This document shows positions 27,466 through 36,626 of a DNA stretch of 64,000 nucleotides, in pieces. The stretch is from Deltaproteobacteria bacterium (GTDB lineage: Bacteria; Desulfobacterota; Binatia; UBA1149; SPBQ01), in assembly GCA_029262375.1 (NCBI GenBank), contig JAJCZM010000008.1:129291-193290 (forward strand), in the 5' to 3' direction. Under the pieces are notes generated by a model. That model had not been told where the DNA came from and ran no database searches. It saw only the letters and a program-made list of their open reading frames with translations. The position numbers and the translations under genes were made by a program. The number at the start of each line of letters is the position of its first letter. Position 1 is the stretch's first letter.

Positions 27466-28893
27466 ATGACGCTTGCAGGCCAACTACGCCGCCGCCTACG
27501 CGACGTCGTCGGAGACGAAGGCTTCGTAGACTCCGCCGCCGGTCTGCGCGTCTACGAGTGCGACGGCTACACGATGGAGAAGGCGTTACCCGAACTCGTG
27601 GTGCTGCCTGCCAACACCGACGAGCTGAGCCGGGTGGTACGCCTGTGTCATCGAGAGGGCGTTCCCTTCGTACCGCGCGGCGCCGGCACCGGCGTGAGCG
27701 GCGGCTGTCTCCCCTACGAAATTCCCGTGATGATCGGGACGAGCCGCATGCGGAAGATCCGCCGCGTCGATATCGCGAATCGCCTGATTGAAGTCGAGGC
27801 CGGCGTCGTCAATCTCGAAGTCAGCCGGCAGGTCGAAGCGGCCGGCTATTACTACGCACCCGATCCCTCGTCGCAAAGCGCCTGTACCATCGGCGGGAAC
27901 GTCGCCGAGAACTCCGGCGGCCCGCATACGCTCAAATACGGCGTGACCGTCAATCACCTTCTGGGAATCGAAATGGTTCTGCCCGACGGCGAAATCGTCC
28001 GCCTCGAGCGAACCAACGACATCACCGGCTACGACCTCGCCGGCGTCTTCACCGGCTCCGAAGGAACACTCGGCATCACGACCGCGGCAACGCTACGGCT
28101 CATGCCCAAGCCACAAGCGGTTACGACACTGCTCGCGATCTTCCCCGGCATCGTCGAGGCCAGCCGCGCCGTCTCGGCAATCATTGCGGCAGGCATCGTT
28201 CCCGCGGCACTCGAAATGATGGATGCTCTTGTCATCGAGGCGGTGGAAGCGGCGTACCGCTTCGGCTTCCCGCCGGACGCGGGTGCGGTGCTCATCATCG
28301 AACTCGACGGGCTCGAGGCAGGCCTCGAAGAGCTGTGTGGGCGGGTCGAAGACGCCTGCCGCCAAGCGGCCGCCAGCGAAGTACGACGTGCCGCCAACGA
28401 AGCCGAGCGGGCACTTTTATGGAAATCCCGCAAGAGGGCCTTCGGAGCGATGGGACGTCTCGCACCGAACTACTGCACGCAAGACGGCGTCGTACCCCGC
28501 AGTAAGCTTCCGCAGATCGTCGAGGCAATCGCCGAGATCTCGTCGCGCTACCACTTACGCATCGCGAACCTGATGCACGCAGGCGATGGCAACATCCACC
28601 CGCTCGTTCTGTACGACGACAGCAATGACAACGAAGCAGAGCGCGTCGTCGCGGCAGGCCACGAGATCCTCACGGCCTGCGTGAAGCTCGGCGGATCGTT
28701 GACGGGCGAGCACGGCATCGGTGTCGAAAAGATAGAACTCATGTCGAAGTCGTTCTCCGACGACGATCTGTCGGCGATGGCCGATCTGCGCGACGCGTTC
28801 AATCCCACGGGACTCTGCAATCCGCACAAGATCTTTCCGACCGATCGCGCCTGCATCGAGATCAAACGACCGAGGCCGCGAGGCGGGGGCTGA
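27466..28893 (+). CDS. glcD: Glycolate oxidase FAD-linked subunit
   Basis: PCMH FAD-binding domain (VPRGAGTGVSGG), GEHGIGVEK and a C-terminal NPHKIFP. Followed by the glcE and glcF homologs. Confidence 0.85.
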   Translation: MTLAGQLRRRLRDVVGDEGFVDSAAGLRVYECDGYTMEKALPELVVLPANTDELSRVVRLCHREGVPFVPRGAGTGVSGGCLPYEIPVMIGTSRMRKIRRVDIANRLIEVEAGVVNLEVSRQVEAAGYYYAPDPSSQSACTIGGNVAENSGGPHTLKYGVTVNHLLGIEMVLPDGEIVRLERTNDITGYDLAGVFTGSEGTLGITTAATLRLMPKPQAVTTLLAIFPGIVEASRAVSAIIAAGIVPAALEMMDALVIEAVEAAYRFGFPPDAGAVLIIELDGLEAGLEELCGRVEDACRQAAASEVRRAANEAERALLWKSRKRAFGAMGRLAPNYCTQDGVVPRSKLPQIVEAIAEISSRYHLRIANLMHAGDGNIHPLVLYDDSNDNEAERVVAAGHEILTACVKLGGSLTGEHGIGVEKIELMSKSFSDDDLSAMADLRDAFNPTGLCNPHKIFPTDRACIEIKRPRPRGGG

Positions 28894-28895
28894 TT

Positions 28896-30218
28896 ATGAG
28901 AACCCCGAGCACGCCGGGCAATTCGGACAATCCGGGTAATGCCGGCAATCCTGGCAATCCAAAGTTGGCGGCTGACATCGCACTACCATCCGGATTGACG
29001 GCGGCGCTACATCCGGGGCAGATGCGTCGCGGACGCGGTGCAGACGCCATCGACGACGTCACCCCCGCTTTCGTTCTGACGGTACGCAGCGATGAGGACG
29101 TCGTGCGGGTCGTAGACGAGGCGCGACGCGCCGAACTCGCCATCGTACCGGCAGGCGGCGCGACCAAGCTCGGCATCGGAAACATTGCGCGCGCGCTCGA
29201 CCTGCGCGTCTCGCTCGGCGGCATGGCTTCGATCATCGAGCATAGCCCGCAGGATATGGTCGTCACGGCACAGGCCGGAGTGAGTCTCGCGCGTCTGAAC
29301 CTGGCGCTGGGCAAGCACGGACAACGCATCTGCATCGATCAGGCTGCCGACGATCGATCGACCATCGGCGGCATCGTTGCATGCAACGCGACCGAGAGTT
29401 TCGCGTACGGCTACGGAACGCCTCGCGACCTCGTGTTGGGTATGTCGGTAGTCGATGGAAAGGCCCGCCTACTCAATCCGGGCGGCAAGGTCGTCAAGAA
29501 CGTTTCGGGCTACGACCTCGTGAGAATGTTTACCGGATCCTATGGAACGCTGGGCATCATCACATCGGTGACGCTGCGAACCCACCCGATCCCGCTGGCG
29601 GAGCGCGCGCTCGCGATAGATTGTAACGACATCGTCGAACTCGAAACTCTCAGAGCGGCGCTGTTCGCATCGCATCTCCCACTGGCCTGCCTCGACTTCG
29701 AACTGGCGAGAGAGTCGGGCGGTTGGAGAGCGATCGTCAAGATCGAAGGTACCGCCGGTGAGGTGGATTACCAGCACGAGTGCATCGAGCAGATTGCACC
29801 GACGCGCTGTCATGTGTTCGAGCGAGCCGTGCCCGTTCGCGTAGCCGGCCGCTCGAACGTAGTGCTACGGGTGTCGTCCAAACCATCGGCGGTCGTTGCG
29901 ACCGCACGGGCGATCGCTGACACAATCGGTGATGCGACCGAAATGCCTGCACTGGCCGGCCGGCTCGGCGACGGCATCATGCGCGTTCGCATCCAGGAAG
30001 AAGACCCCCGCCGTGCGCTCAACTTCGTTCGACGCATGAGCGAAGCAGCCAAGCAGGCCGAGGCTTCAGTCGTCATCGAGCGCGCCCCCAGTGAGATCAA
30101 GCGCATCATCGACGTCTGGGGGGAGCGGCCGGCGGGTTTTGCGCTCATGCGCCGACTGAAGGACGCATTCGATCCGCAAGGCATCTTGTCGCCGGGTCGA
30201 TTCGTGGGAGCGCTATAG
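28896..30218 (+). CDS. glcE: Glycolate oxidase FAD-binding subunit
   Basis: Motifs: VPAGGATKLGIGN, GGKVVKNVSGYDLVRMFTGSYGTLGII and DPQGILSPGRF. The N-terminus carries a (G/D)-N-x tripeptide repeat. Confidence 0.75.
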   Translation: MRTPSTPGNSDNPGNAGNPGNPKLAADIALPSGLTAALHPGQMRRGRGADAIDDVTPAFVLTVRSDEDVVRVVDEARRAELAIVPAGGATKLGIGNIARALDLRVSLGGMASIIEHSPQDMVVTAQAGVSLARLNLALGKHGQRICIDQAADDRSTIGGIVACNATESFAYGYGTPRDLVLGMSVVDGKARLLNPGGKVVKNVSGYDLVRMFTGSYGTLGIITSVTLRTHPIPLAERALAIDCNDIVELETLRAALFASHLPLACLDFELARESGGWRAIVKIEGTAGEVDYQHECIEQIAPTRCHVFERAVPVRVAGRSNVVLRVSSKPSAVVATARAIADTIGDATEMPALAGRLGDGIMRVRIQEEDPRRALNFVRRMSEAAKQAEASVVIERAPSEIKRIIDVWGERPAGFALMRRLKDAFDPQGILSPGRFVGAL

Positions 30219-30220
30219 CG

Positions 30221-31483
30221 ATGCACACGGACGACGATCCCGGTCTGCCTTGCGTGCACTGCGGTCTGTGCCTCGACACCTGCCCGACCTATCGAGTGCT
30301 CGGCACGGAGGCCGACTCACCCCGCGGTCGCATCTACATCATGCAGGGGATCAAGCGCGGCGAGCTGGCGTTGGGCTCCGCGGCGGTGTCGCATCTCGAC
30401 GGTTGCCTCGGATGTTTGGCCTGCGAAACTGCCTGCCCATCCGGCGTCAGCTATGGCGAACGCATCGAGGAATTCCGTCCACGTGTGCGCGCCGCTATTC
30501 GGCGCAAGCCATGGCGTCGGCTCGTCGGCTACGTAGCGTCGAACGATCGAATGTTCACGCTCGGGCTCGGTGTCGCGGCGACTATGGATCGCTTCGGCTT
30601 ACACTCGCTGCGTCGCCGAATACGCGGACTCGATATCTTTCCACGCGCGCCGCGCACACGCCGAGATGGCGCGCTGGCTGAGATGCCTCCGAGAGAGCGC
30701 AGTCGCATCGCCCCACCCGCTGAGTCAAAACTCGACGTCGCACTGCTCACCGGATGCGTTGGCGATCGGCTGAAGCCGGAAATCAATCGCGCGGCCGTCG
30801 AAGTGCTGCATCGAAACGACATTCGCGTTGCCAACGATCAAGGGCTCGGGTGTTGCGGAGCATTGGCGATGCATTCGGGCGACGAGACTGCGGCGCGCGA
30901 AGATGCAAAGCGCAACGTTCGAGCGTTCACGCGATCGGGCTTGGATCGCGTCGTCACCACCGCCGCCGGATGCGGCGCAATGATCAAAGACTATGGTCGT
31001 CTGCTCAGGGATGATCCCGAACTCGCCGAAGAAGCACGCGCGATGTCGGATCGCACGGTCGACGTTACCGAGCTTCTCGTCGAGATGGGATTCGATGCGC
31101 CGGATCTATCGCGAAGCAGTCGGCAAGCGCCCGGCAAGGTCGTCTATCACGATGCTTGCCATCTCCTGCATGCCGCCGGCGTAGAAGCCGAGCCGCGCAG
31201 CGTCATCGAAGCAGCTTCGGGTGCACCTCCGATCGATCTAGGCGAAAACAACGTCTGCTGCGGCAGCGCGGGCAGTTACAATCTCGATCATCCGAAAATG
31301 GGATTGGCACTGGGCGCACGCAAGGCGCAGCTGGTGGCTGAAAAGGATGCGCAGGTAGTGGCGGTCGGCAACGTCGGTTGCATCCTGCAGCTCGAACGCG
31401 CACTCGCGATGGCCGGACATGACGCGCGGGTGCTACACCCGGTAGAACTTCTAGCGGCGGCTTACGAACGAGACACCGATTGA
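30221..31483 (+). CDS. glcF: Glycolate oxidase iron-sulfur subunit
   Basis: Two 4Fe-4S motifs, CVHCGLCLDTCP and CLGCLACETACP, followed by cysteine-rich CCG-type domains (GCCG..., CCGSAG). Confidence 0.85.
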   Translation: MHTDDDPGLPCVHCGLCLDTCPTYRVLGTEADSPRGRIYIMQGIKRGELALGSAAVSHLDGCLGCLACETACPSGVSYGERIEEFRPRVRAAIRRKPWRRLVGYVASNDRMFTLGLGVAATMDRFGLHSLRRRIRGLDIFPRAPRTRRDGALAEMPPRERSRIAPPAESKLDVALLTGCVGDRLKPEINRAAVEVLHRNDIRVANDQGLGCCGALAMHSGDETAAREDAKRNVRAFTRSGLDRVVTTAAGCGAMIKDYGRLLRDDPELAEEARAMSDRTVDVTELLVEMGFDAPDLSRSSRQAPGKVVYHDACHLLHAAGVEAEPRSVIEAASGAPPIDLGENNVCCGSAGSYNLDHPKMGLALGARKAQLVAEKDAQVVAVGNVGCILQLERALAMAGHDARVLHPVELLAAAYERDTD

Positions 31484-31490
31484 TCCGTCG

Positions 31491-32024
31491 TCAGCTCGTT
31501 CCTTCCGACCACGGAATATCGTCGATACGCGATTCGATCTCGTTGAGCCGGCCGATGACGCCACTGAGATCGATGACGGGATCGTAGTCTGCGCCGCGCG
31601 TTCGCACGGCTTGTTCGAGTTCGCCGAGTCGTTGGTGCAGCAGCATGAGCTCTTCGCGCGTACGTATGCGGGCGACGTGATCCATCTTCAGCTCGACGTC
31701 GTCGACACGTTCGTCCAGTTCCACCAAGGCCGACGTCGAGGCAATGCCGAGCAGGGCATAGACGTCGTCGAGCACGGTCGAAACCCGGAGCTGTTCCATG
31801 AGATCGCCACCACGCTCGGCAAGAATGGCACCTAGTCGCGATCCGGCATCGATGAAGCCTCCGAGGCCGCCGCGACTTGCAGTCATGAGCCCGGTAAGTG
31901 CTCTGGCGATATCCGATCCCAGGGCTTCTTCATGCGCTCCGGCTGCTGCCGGCTTTACGCGCATCGAGAAAATAGGCGCGGCCATGCCATCGCCATCCGC
32001 ATCTCGTATGTCTCTACTGTTCAT
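31491..32024 (-). CDS. Hypothetical coiled-coil protein (start uncertain)
   Basis: The C-terminal ~150 codons are GC3-rich and heptad-like (LVELDERVDDVELKMDHV...LHQRLGELEQAV...LNEIESRIDD). ATG 32024 is preceded by GAGGAGG 9 nt upstream. The ORF stays open to 32375, so longer forms are possible. Confidence 0.4.
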   Translation of the reverse strand: MNSRDIRDADGDGMAAPIFSMRVKPAAAGAHEEALGSDIARALTGLMTASRGGLGGFIDAGSRLGAILAERGGDLMEQLRVSTVLDDVYALLGIASTSALVELDERVDDVELKMDHVARIRTREELMLLHQRLGELEQAVRTRGADYDPVIDLSGVIGRLNEIESRIDDIPWSEGTS

Positions 32025-32474
32025 CCGCCCGACCTCCTCGTTCATTGCCTCGGCCGCTGTTGCAGCCTCAGGCACCACCACTCGACCGATGGGCGCAGCA
32101 CCGCCGGCCGCCATCACGCGGGCAAGGGCGCGCATTCTGGCAATACGCGCCGCGTGGACACCGAGATCGATAGTCTCGCAAGTAGAAACGACCGCCGAGG
32201 CCGCTGCGCGGTAACGCGGCGGCAGTCTCGGATCGTTCCTCCTCGACCAGTGTGGATCGGGGAGCGCGCGCAGTTTTCCTGCCAATGCACGCTCTCGCGG
32301 CTTGCTCGGCTGCAAGCGGGCCGTCTTGCGTCGCCCACAAATATGTTGCGAACGGCTTCTCGGCACCAAAATCACCCGGTGTCAGAGCCGATGATACACG
32401 GCGGCAGGTAGGGTGGGCAATGCCGGGACCGGATTCGCCGAGTAGTCCTTAGATCGGTGTTTGACGAGTCTCCC

Positions 32475-33236
32475 CTAGTCGAGGGCGAACCGTACCGGAA
32501 AACGTACGCTGTAGGCCTCACCGGGGATCTCGTCGGGCATCGCCGGGAACGGATCGGAACGACGCACCCAATCCTTCGCAACACGCTCGAGCAGATCATC
32601 GGGGAGTGCGGCGAAGGTCTCGAGAGCGACGACGCGCCCACTGCGGTCGAGTTCGACGCGTAACACCCCCTCGCCTTCGAGCCGTCTGCGGCGAAGCGTC
32701 GCTGGGTAATACTTATGGCGATCGAGCCATGCCGCCAGAGTCTGCTCGTAGCGAACCGATGCTCCCGCGATCTCTGCTGCCAAGGCCGATTCGGCCGGAG
32801 ACTCGCTGTGCGCCAGCTGTGTTGGGGCCGCTTCGACAGGAACTACCGCCGTTTTCGCTATCGGCTGCTTTGTAGTGCGTGAGGCCGGAGTCGGCGGCGG
32901 CGTCGGCTTAGCCGGGGCGCCACGCAGCGCGGGTTCGTGGGTTTGGCGGATTTCGGAATGTCGGCCGGCCAGATTCTGCTCGACCGGCGGCACAACCGGT
33001 GCCGCTTCGGTCGGCTTCTCTGCAGCGACCGACGTCGTAATTGTGCTCGGCGTACTCGGCGCGCTGACGCTACTGGGCGCAACCTCGCCGGTCGGGAGCG
33101 CCGAGAATCGCAGCGTCAATTTCGCGGGCGCCATCTCAGGCGTCACGGGATCCGTGCGCCATCCCACCAAAACGATCGCATGCAAGAGCACGGCAGTCGT
33201 CAGGCTCAATACGAATCGCGGATCGGAACGTGTCAC
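32475..33236 (-). CDS. tonB: TonB family energy transducer
   Basis: N-terminal TM helix, a Pro/Ala-rich spacer (PTPPPTPASR...) and a C-terminal TonB domain (YYPATLRRRRLEGEGVLRVELDRSGRV). Confidence 0.8.
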   Translation of the reverse strand: MTRSDPRFVLSLTTAVLLHAIVLVGWRTDPVTPEMAPAKLTLRFSALPTGEVAPSSVSAPSTPSTITTSVAAEKPTEAAPVVPPVEQNLAGRHSEIRQTHEPALRGAPAKPTPPPTPASRTTKQPIAKTAVVPVEAAPTQLAHSESPAESALAAEIAGASVRYEQTLAAWLDRHKYYPATLRRRRLEGEGVLRVELDRSGRVVALETFAALPDDLLERVAKDWVRRSDPFPAMPDEIPGEAYSVRFPVRFALD

Positions 33237-33700
33237 GGCGCCGCACGCTCGGCAGGACTGACGGCCTTGGCGGCGCTGGCGAGATTGGCAGGCTCCACCG
33301 CGCCCCTGGACTCGGCCATCAACGCAACCGACTCACCTCCGCCTTCGCGAACCGCGTCGAGAACCGAGAGCAGCTGCGCTACGTCGACGTGTTCATCAGC
33401 CTGGACGGCCACTTCCTTCGAAGAGCTTTCAGTGATTCGGGCGGCGATTGCTGAGGATAGTCCGCCCGCCGACACCGCGATGCCGCCGACACGAACACTA
33501 CCGTCGGCCAACAGGGAAACAGTGATCGGGGACTCAGCAACGGCTCGTGCGGTGCTCGAACCCGGCAGATCCAGACCGATCGCGCGCGGAGTGACGAAGC
33601 TACTCGTCAGCAAAAAGAAGATGAGCAGTAAGAACACAACATCGACCAGAGGAGCCATATCGATACGGCTCGATACGCGCGCGCGCCCATCAAACTGCAT
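33233..33700 (-). CDS. exbD: Biopolymer transport protein ExbD/TolR
   Basis: SRIDMAPLVDVVFLLLIFFLLTSSF. ATG 33700 overlaps the exbB 3' end; the 3' end overlaps the tonB start by 4 nt. Confidence 0.85.
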   Translation of the reverse strand: MQFDGRARVSSRIDMAPLVDVVFLLLIFFLLTSSFVTPRAIGLDLPGSSTARAVAESPITVSLLADGSVRVGGIAVSAGGLSSAIAARITESSSKEVAVQADEHVDVAQLLSVLDAVREGGGESVALMAESRGAVEPANLASAAKAVSPAERAAP

Positions 33701-34421
33701 GATCGGCGGCCTCCTCGTGGCGATGCGCGCGATCAGCGCGATCTGAGGTATCGAAATCAGCGTGCGCCAGTTTCTCAAAACTCCCGAGGACGACGATCGA
33801 CGCGTCCTTCATAGAAGCGCGCACGCGATCTACTTCGCCTTCGAGCAGGTGAAAAGCCGCCATCGACGGGATTGCGATCGTGAGACCGTAAGCCGTCGTG
33901 AGGAGCGCCTGCCAGATTCCGCCCGACAGCAAACTCGGATCAACGGTCGAACCGGAGCGCTCGACCTGCATGAAGGCGAGGATCATGCCGATGACGGTGC
34001 CGAGAAGCCCCACCAGCGGACTGAGGTGAGCGATCGACGACAGCGCCCTCAACCACGATTCAAGATCGCGAAGCTCGCGCGTACCGATGCGCGCCACTTC
34101 CGCCTCGGCGGCCGTCGCCGACTTTTCTGGATCGGCGCCCACACGAATGGCCGCTTCCATGACTCTGGCCGTCGGATGGCGGATGACTTCGAGGCGCTCG
34201 CGCGCGGCATCGAGGCGACGATCGACAACGAGTTCAATGATGGGATCGACGAAGGCGGTCCGACGAAGCCCCGACCGACCAAACTGCCAGAGCTTCGCCA
34301 GCAGGATGGCCGAGGCAAAGACGCTCAGGGCCAATAGGACCCCCATCACCGGGCCGCCGCGGGCAATGATGTCGAGCGCGCTCATCGCGGCGATATCCTC
34401 AGGAATATCAGCCATTTGCAA
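33690..34421 (-). CDS. exbB: MotA/TolQ/ExbB proton-channel protein
   Basis: Three TM helices. LSPLVGLLGTVIGMILAF is typical of ExbB/TolQ. Confidence 0.85.
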   Translation of the reverse strand: MQMADIPEDIAAMSALDIIARGGPVMGVLLALSVFASAILLAKLWQFGRSGLRRTAFVDPIIELVVDRRLDAARERLEVIRHPTARVMEAAIRVGADPEKSATAAEAEVARIGTRELRDLESWLRALSSIAHLSPLVGLLGTVIGMILAFMQVERSGSTVDPSLLSGGIWQALLTTAYGLTIAIPSMAAFHLLEGEVDRVRASMKDASIVVLGSFEKLAHADFDTSDRADRAHRHEEAADHAV

Positions 34422-34481
34422 GTTTGGACCTGGAAAAATGCGGGTCTAGAGGCGAATCGGTTTGACTACAAAAACGAAATT

Positions 34482-34500
34482 GACAATCATAATCAAAATC
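34482..34500. promoter_or_regulatory. Fur-box-like site in the divergent exbB / FMN_bind intergenic region
   Basis: GACAATCATAATCAAAATC matches the classical Fur box GATAATGATAATCATTATC at 15/19. TTGACA at 34480-34485 could be a -35 element. It shares 14/15 nt (TCAT[A/T]ATCAAAATCA) with 24602-24616. Confidence 0.4.
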
Positions 34501-34539
34501 ACTTAGCGGAAACGCGGCCGATGGCCGTACGCCGCGCCG

Positions 34540-35115
34540 GTGAAAGATAGCAGAGCCAGCATGCAGAAAACGACACTAACCGGCCTCGCGGTCGCAACAG
34601 TTACCGCGATTTTCCTATCGAGCGTACCCGCCGCCGCTACCGTTTTTCATGCGCGTAGCCAAATGTTCGAAGTCGCCTTCCCACAGGCCGAGAGCGTCGA
34701 CGCCAAAGACTACTTCATTACAAAGGAGCAACGCGCCGCGATTCAACAGCTGGCGGTTTCGGGTCTCGATTCCGATCTGATCACCGTCTACACCGCGAAG
34801 CGCGGCGAAGAAGTACTCGGACACGCCATCCTCGACACGCATGTCGTACGCACGCTGCCCGAGACGTTCCTCGTGGTTCTCGATCCCGACGGTAACGTCG
34901 CAGCCACCCACATTCTCGCGTTCCACGAGCCGCTCGAGTACATGCCGAGCGATCGTTGGCTGGCACTGCTCGAAGACCGATCCCTGACCAACGACTTGAG
35001 ACTCGGTCGCGATATCGCCGGCATCACCGGTTCTACTCTCAGTAGCCGCGCGGTTCTCGGCGGCGTACGCCGCGCGCTGGCTATCTACGAGGTCCTTCTC
35101 TCGGAGAAAAACTGA
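34540..35115 (+). CDS. Exported/signal-anchored FMN-binding (FMN_bind) domain protein
   Basis: N-terminal hydrophobic segment LTGLAVATVTAIFLSSVPAAA. The C-terminal DIAGITGSTLSSRAV (35020-35046) matches the [ST]-G-[AS]-T covalent flavinylation site of NqrC/RnfG-type domains. GTG 34540 or ATG 34561 is the start. Confidence 0.7.
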   Translation: MKDSRASMQKTTLTGLAVATVTAIFLSSVPAAATVFHARSQMFEVAFPQAESVDAKDYFITKEQRAAIQQLAVSGLDSDLITVYTAKRGEEVLGHAILDTHVVRTLPETFLVVLDPDGNVAATHILAFHEPLEYMPSDRWLALLEDRSLTNDLRLGRDIAGITGSTLSSRAVLGGVRRALAIYEVLLSEKN

Positions 35116-35619
35116 GTGCGATTCGTCGTAACCGGCGAGTGGACGCGCAATCGCCTACTCAAGGTGATCGTGTGGTGCTTCCTGCTCTACACATTCTTGC
35201 TCTGGATCACGAATGCGGGCCTTTTCTTCTCGAAGATGAGTCTCAACCCCGCATCGGTCGTCGATTACTACGGCGGGAACGAAGAGAAGTTCATGCAGCC
35301 GAAGTCATTGCTCGGCCTGCTCGAAGTGCTCCACTTTCACGGTTTCGCGATCGGCATCATGCTACTCACGCTGACCCATCTTCTGCTCTTCGTGCCGTTG
35401 TCGATGGAGATCAAGGCGATGGGCATCGGCCTGTCGTTCTTTGCCGGATTCGCCAACGAACTGTCCGGCTGGGGCGTTCGTTTCATCCATCCCGGATTCG
35501 CCTACGCGAAGATCTTTTTCTTCCTTACCCTCGAAGGCGTCATCCTGTTCCTGATGCTGGCCGTCGGACGCGCACTACTGTTCGACCAGCCCAGCAACTA
35601 CACCGCGTCCGAACGCTGA
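35116..35619 (+). CDS. Small 4-TM membrane protein with clustered histidines (unknown family)
   Basis: 167 aa, with GTG directly after the upstream stop. It has four hydrophobic helices and LEVLHFHGFAIGIMLLTLTHLLLF (three His in or near TM2). Confidence 0.55.
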   Translation: MRFVVTGEWTRNRLLKVIVWCFLLYTFLLWITNAGLFFSKMSLNPASVVDYYGGNEEKFMQPKSLLGLLEVLHFHGFAIGIMLLTLTHLLLFVPLSMEIKAMGIGLSFFAGFANELSGWGVRFIHPGFAYAKIFFFLTLEGVILFLMLAVGRALLFDQPSNYTASER

Positions 35620-35645
35620 AGCTTTTGTCCGAAATTCTCACCAGC

Positions 35646-36608
35646 GTGAGTCGATACTATGCGCGCGGGCTAGCCCTCTGCGCGCTGATGCTGGTGTTGA
35701 TAGCCGGCTCGAGCGTGGCTCTGGCCGCTACCGCGCGCGGCGGAAACGTCGTCATGGGAACCGTGCTCGAGATCACGGTGGTTGCGGACGATCAGAACAC
35801 CGCCAACGATCTGATGCGCAGCGCCTTCGATGTCGCCAGGCATTGGGACGATGTGCTAACGACCTGGCGCGAAGACGGCGAACTGGCGCAGCTCAACGCA
35901 ACCGCGGGCGTCGTAAGCCCGGTAAGCGACGACCTTCTCAGGGCGATCGGCCTGATGTTGAAATACTCGCTGATCACCCAGGGCGGCTTCGACCCGGGTG
36001 TGGGCCCCATCGTCGAAGGTTGGCGACGCGGAGACCCGGAGCCGGGTCCGCGCGAAGGCGAGTCCTACGACATCTACAGAATACGCACTGCAGTATCCGT
36101 CGAGGAAGGTGGCGTACGCATGAGACGCGGCGCCGCACTCGACTCCGGCGGCATCGGCAAGGGGATCGCACTCGACGGCATCGTGCGCTCCTTCGGCAAC
36201 AAGGCGAAGGCTTTCTACGTGGACTTCGGCGGCTCGAGTCAGATCGCCGCAGGGAAACCGGAGGACGGAGCGGAGAGCTGGAAGGTCGTTGTCGCCGGCA
36301 ATACCCGAGGTTCAATCCACGGAACTATTGATTTGGTCGACGCTTCGCTCTCGACATCTCGCGCACTGCCGCCGTCGGATCCTGCGGGAAGTATCATTGA
36401 TCCGCGCACGCTTACGGCCGTGCGACCGCCACGTCTTGCGACCGTATGGGCGAAGAACGCGATCGCTGCGGAAGCCTGGTCGACCGCACTGATCGTTCTG
36501 GGCGCCGAGGGAGTCCGTATCGCCGAGCAGGCCGGTGTCGAAGCCTTCGTCGAAATCGACGGGAAGGTCACAAAGACCGGCGGCTTCCCGATTCAGCCGC
36601 TGCGCTAA
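35646..36608 (+). CDS. apbE: FAD:protein FMN transferase (ApbE family)
   Basis: Motifs: VMGTVLEITV and LDSGGIGKGIALD, typical of ApbE. Signal-like N-terminus YARGLALCALMLVLIAGSSVALA. No ATG lies near the start, so GTG 35646 was chosen (TTG 35625 is an alternative). The 489-aa ORF-track model is an artefactual upstream extension. Confidence 0.8.
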   Translation: MSRYYARGLALCALMLVLIAGSSVALAATARGGNVVMGTVLEITVVADDQNTANDLMRSAFDVARHWDDVLTTWREDGELAQLNATAGVVSPVSDDLLRAIGLMLKYSLITQGGFDPGVGPIVEGWRRGDPEPGPREGESYDIYRIRTAVSVEEGGVRMRRGAALDSGGIGKGIALDGIVRSFGNKAKAFYVDFGGSSQIAAGKPEDGAESWKVVVAGNTRGSIHGTIDLVDASLSTSRALPPSDPAGSIIDPRTLTAVRPPRLATVWAKNAIAAEAWSTALIVLGAEGVRIAEQAGVEAFVEIDGKVTKTGGFPIQPLR

Positions 36609-36626
36609 CTGTCACCGACAGATCGA

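Noticed and set aside
35139-35645. N-terminal 169 codons of the 489-aa ORF-track model for ApbE
   Set aside because: This part overlaps the 4-TM protein gene in another frame and translates to Arg/Pro-rich sequence. ApbE homology and a signal-like segment begin only near 35646, so the long model was trimmed.
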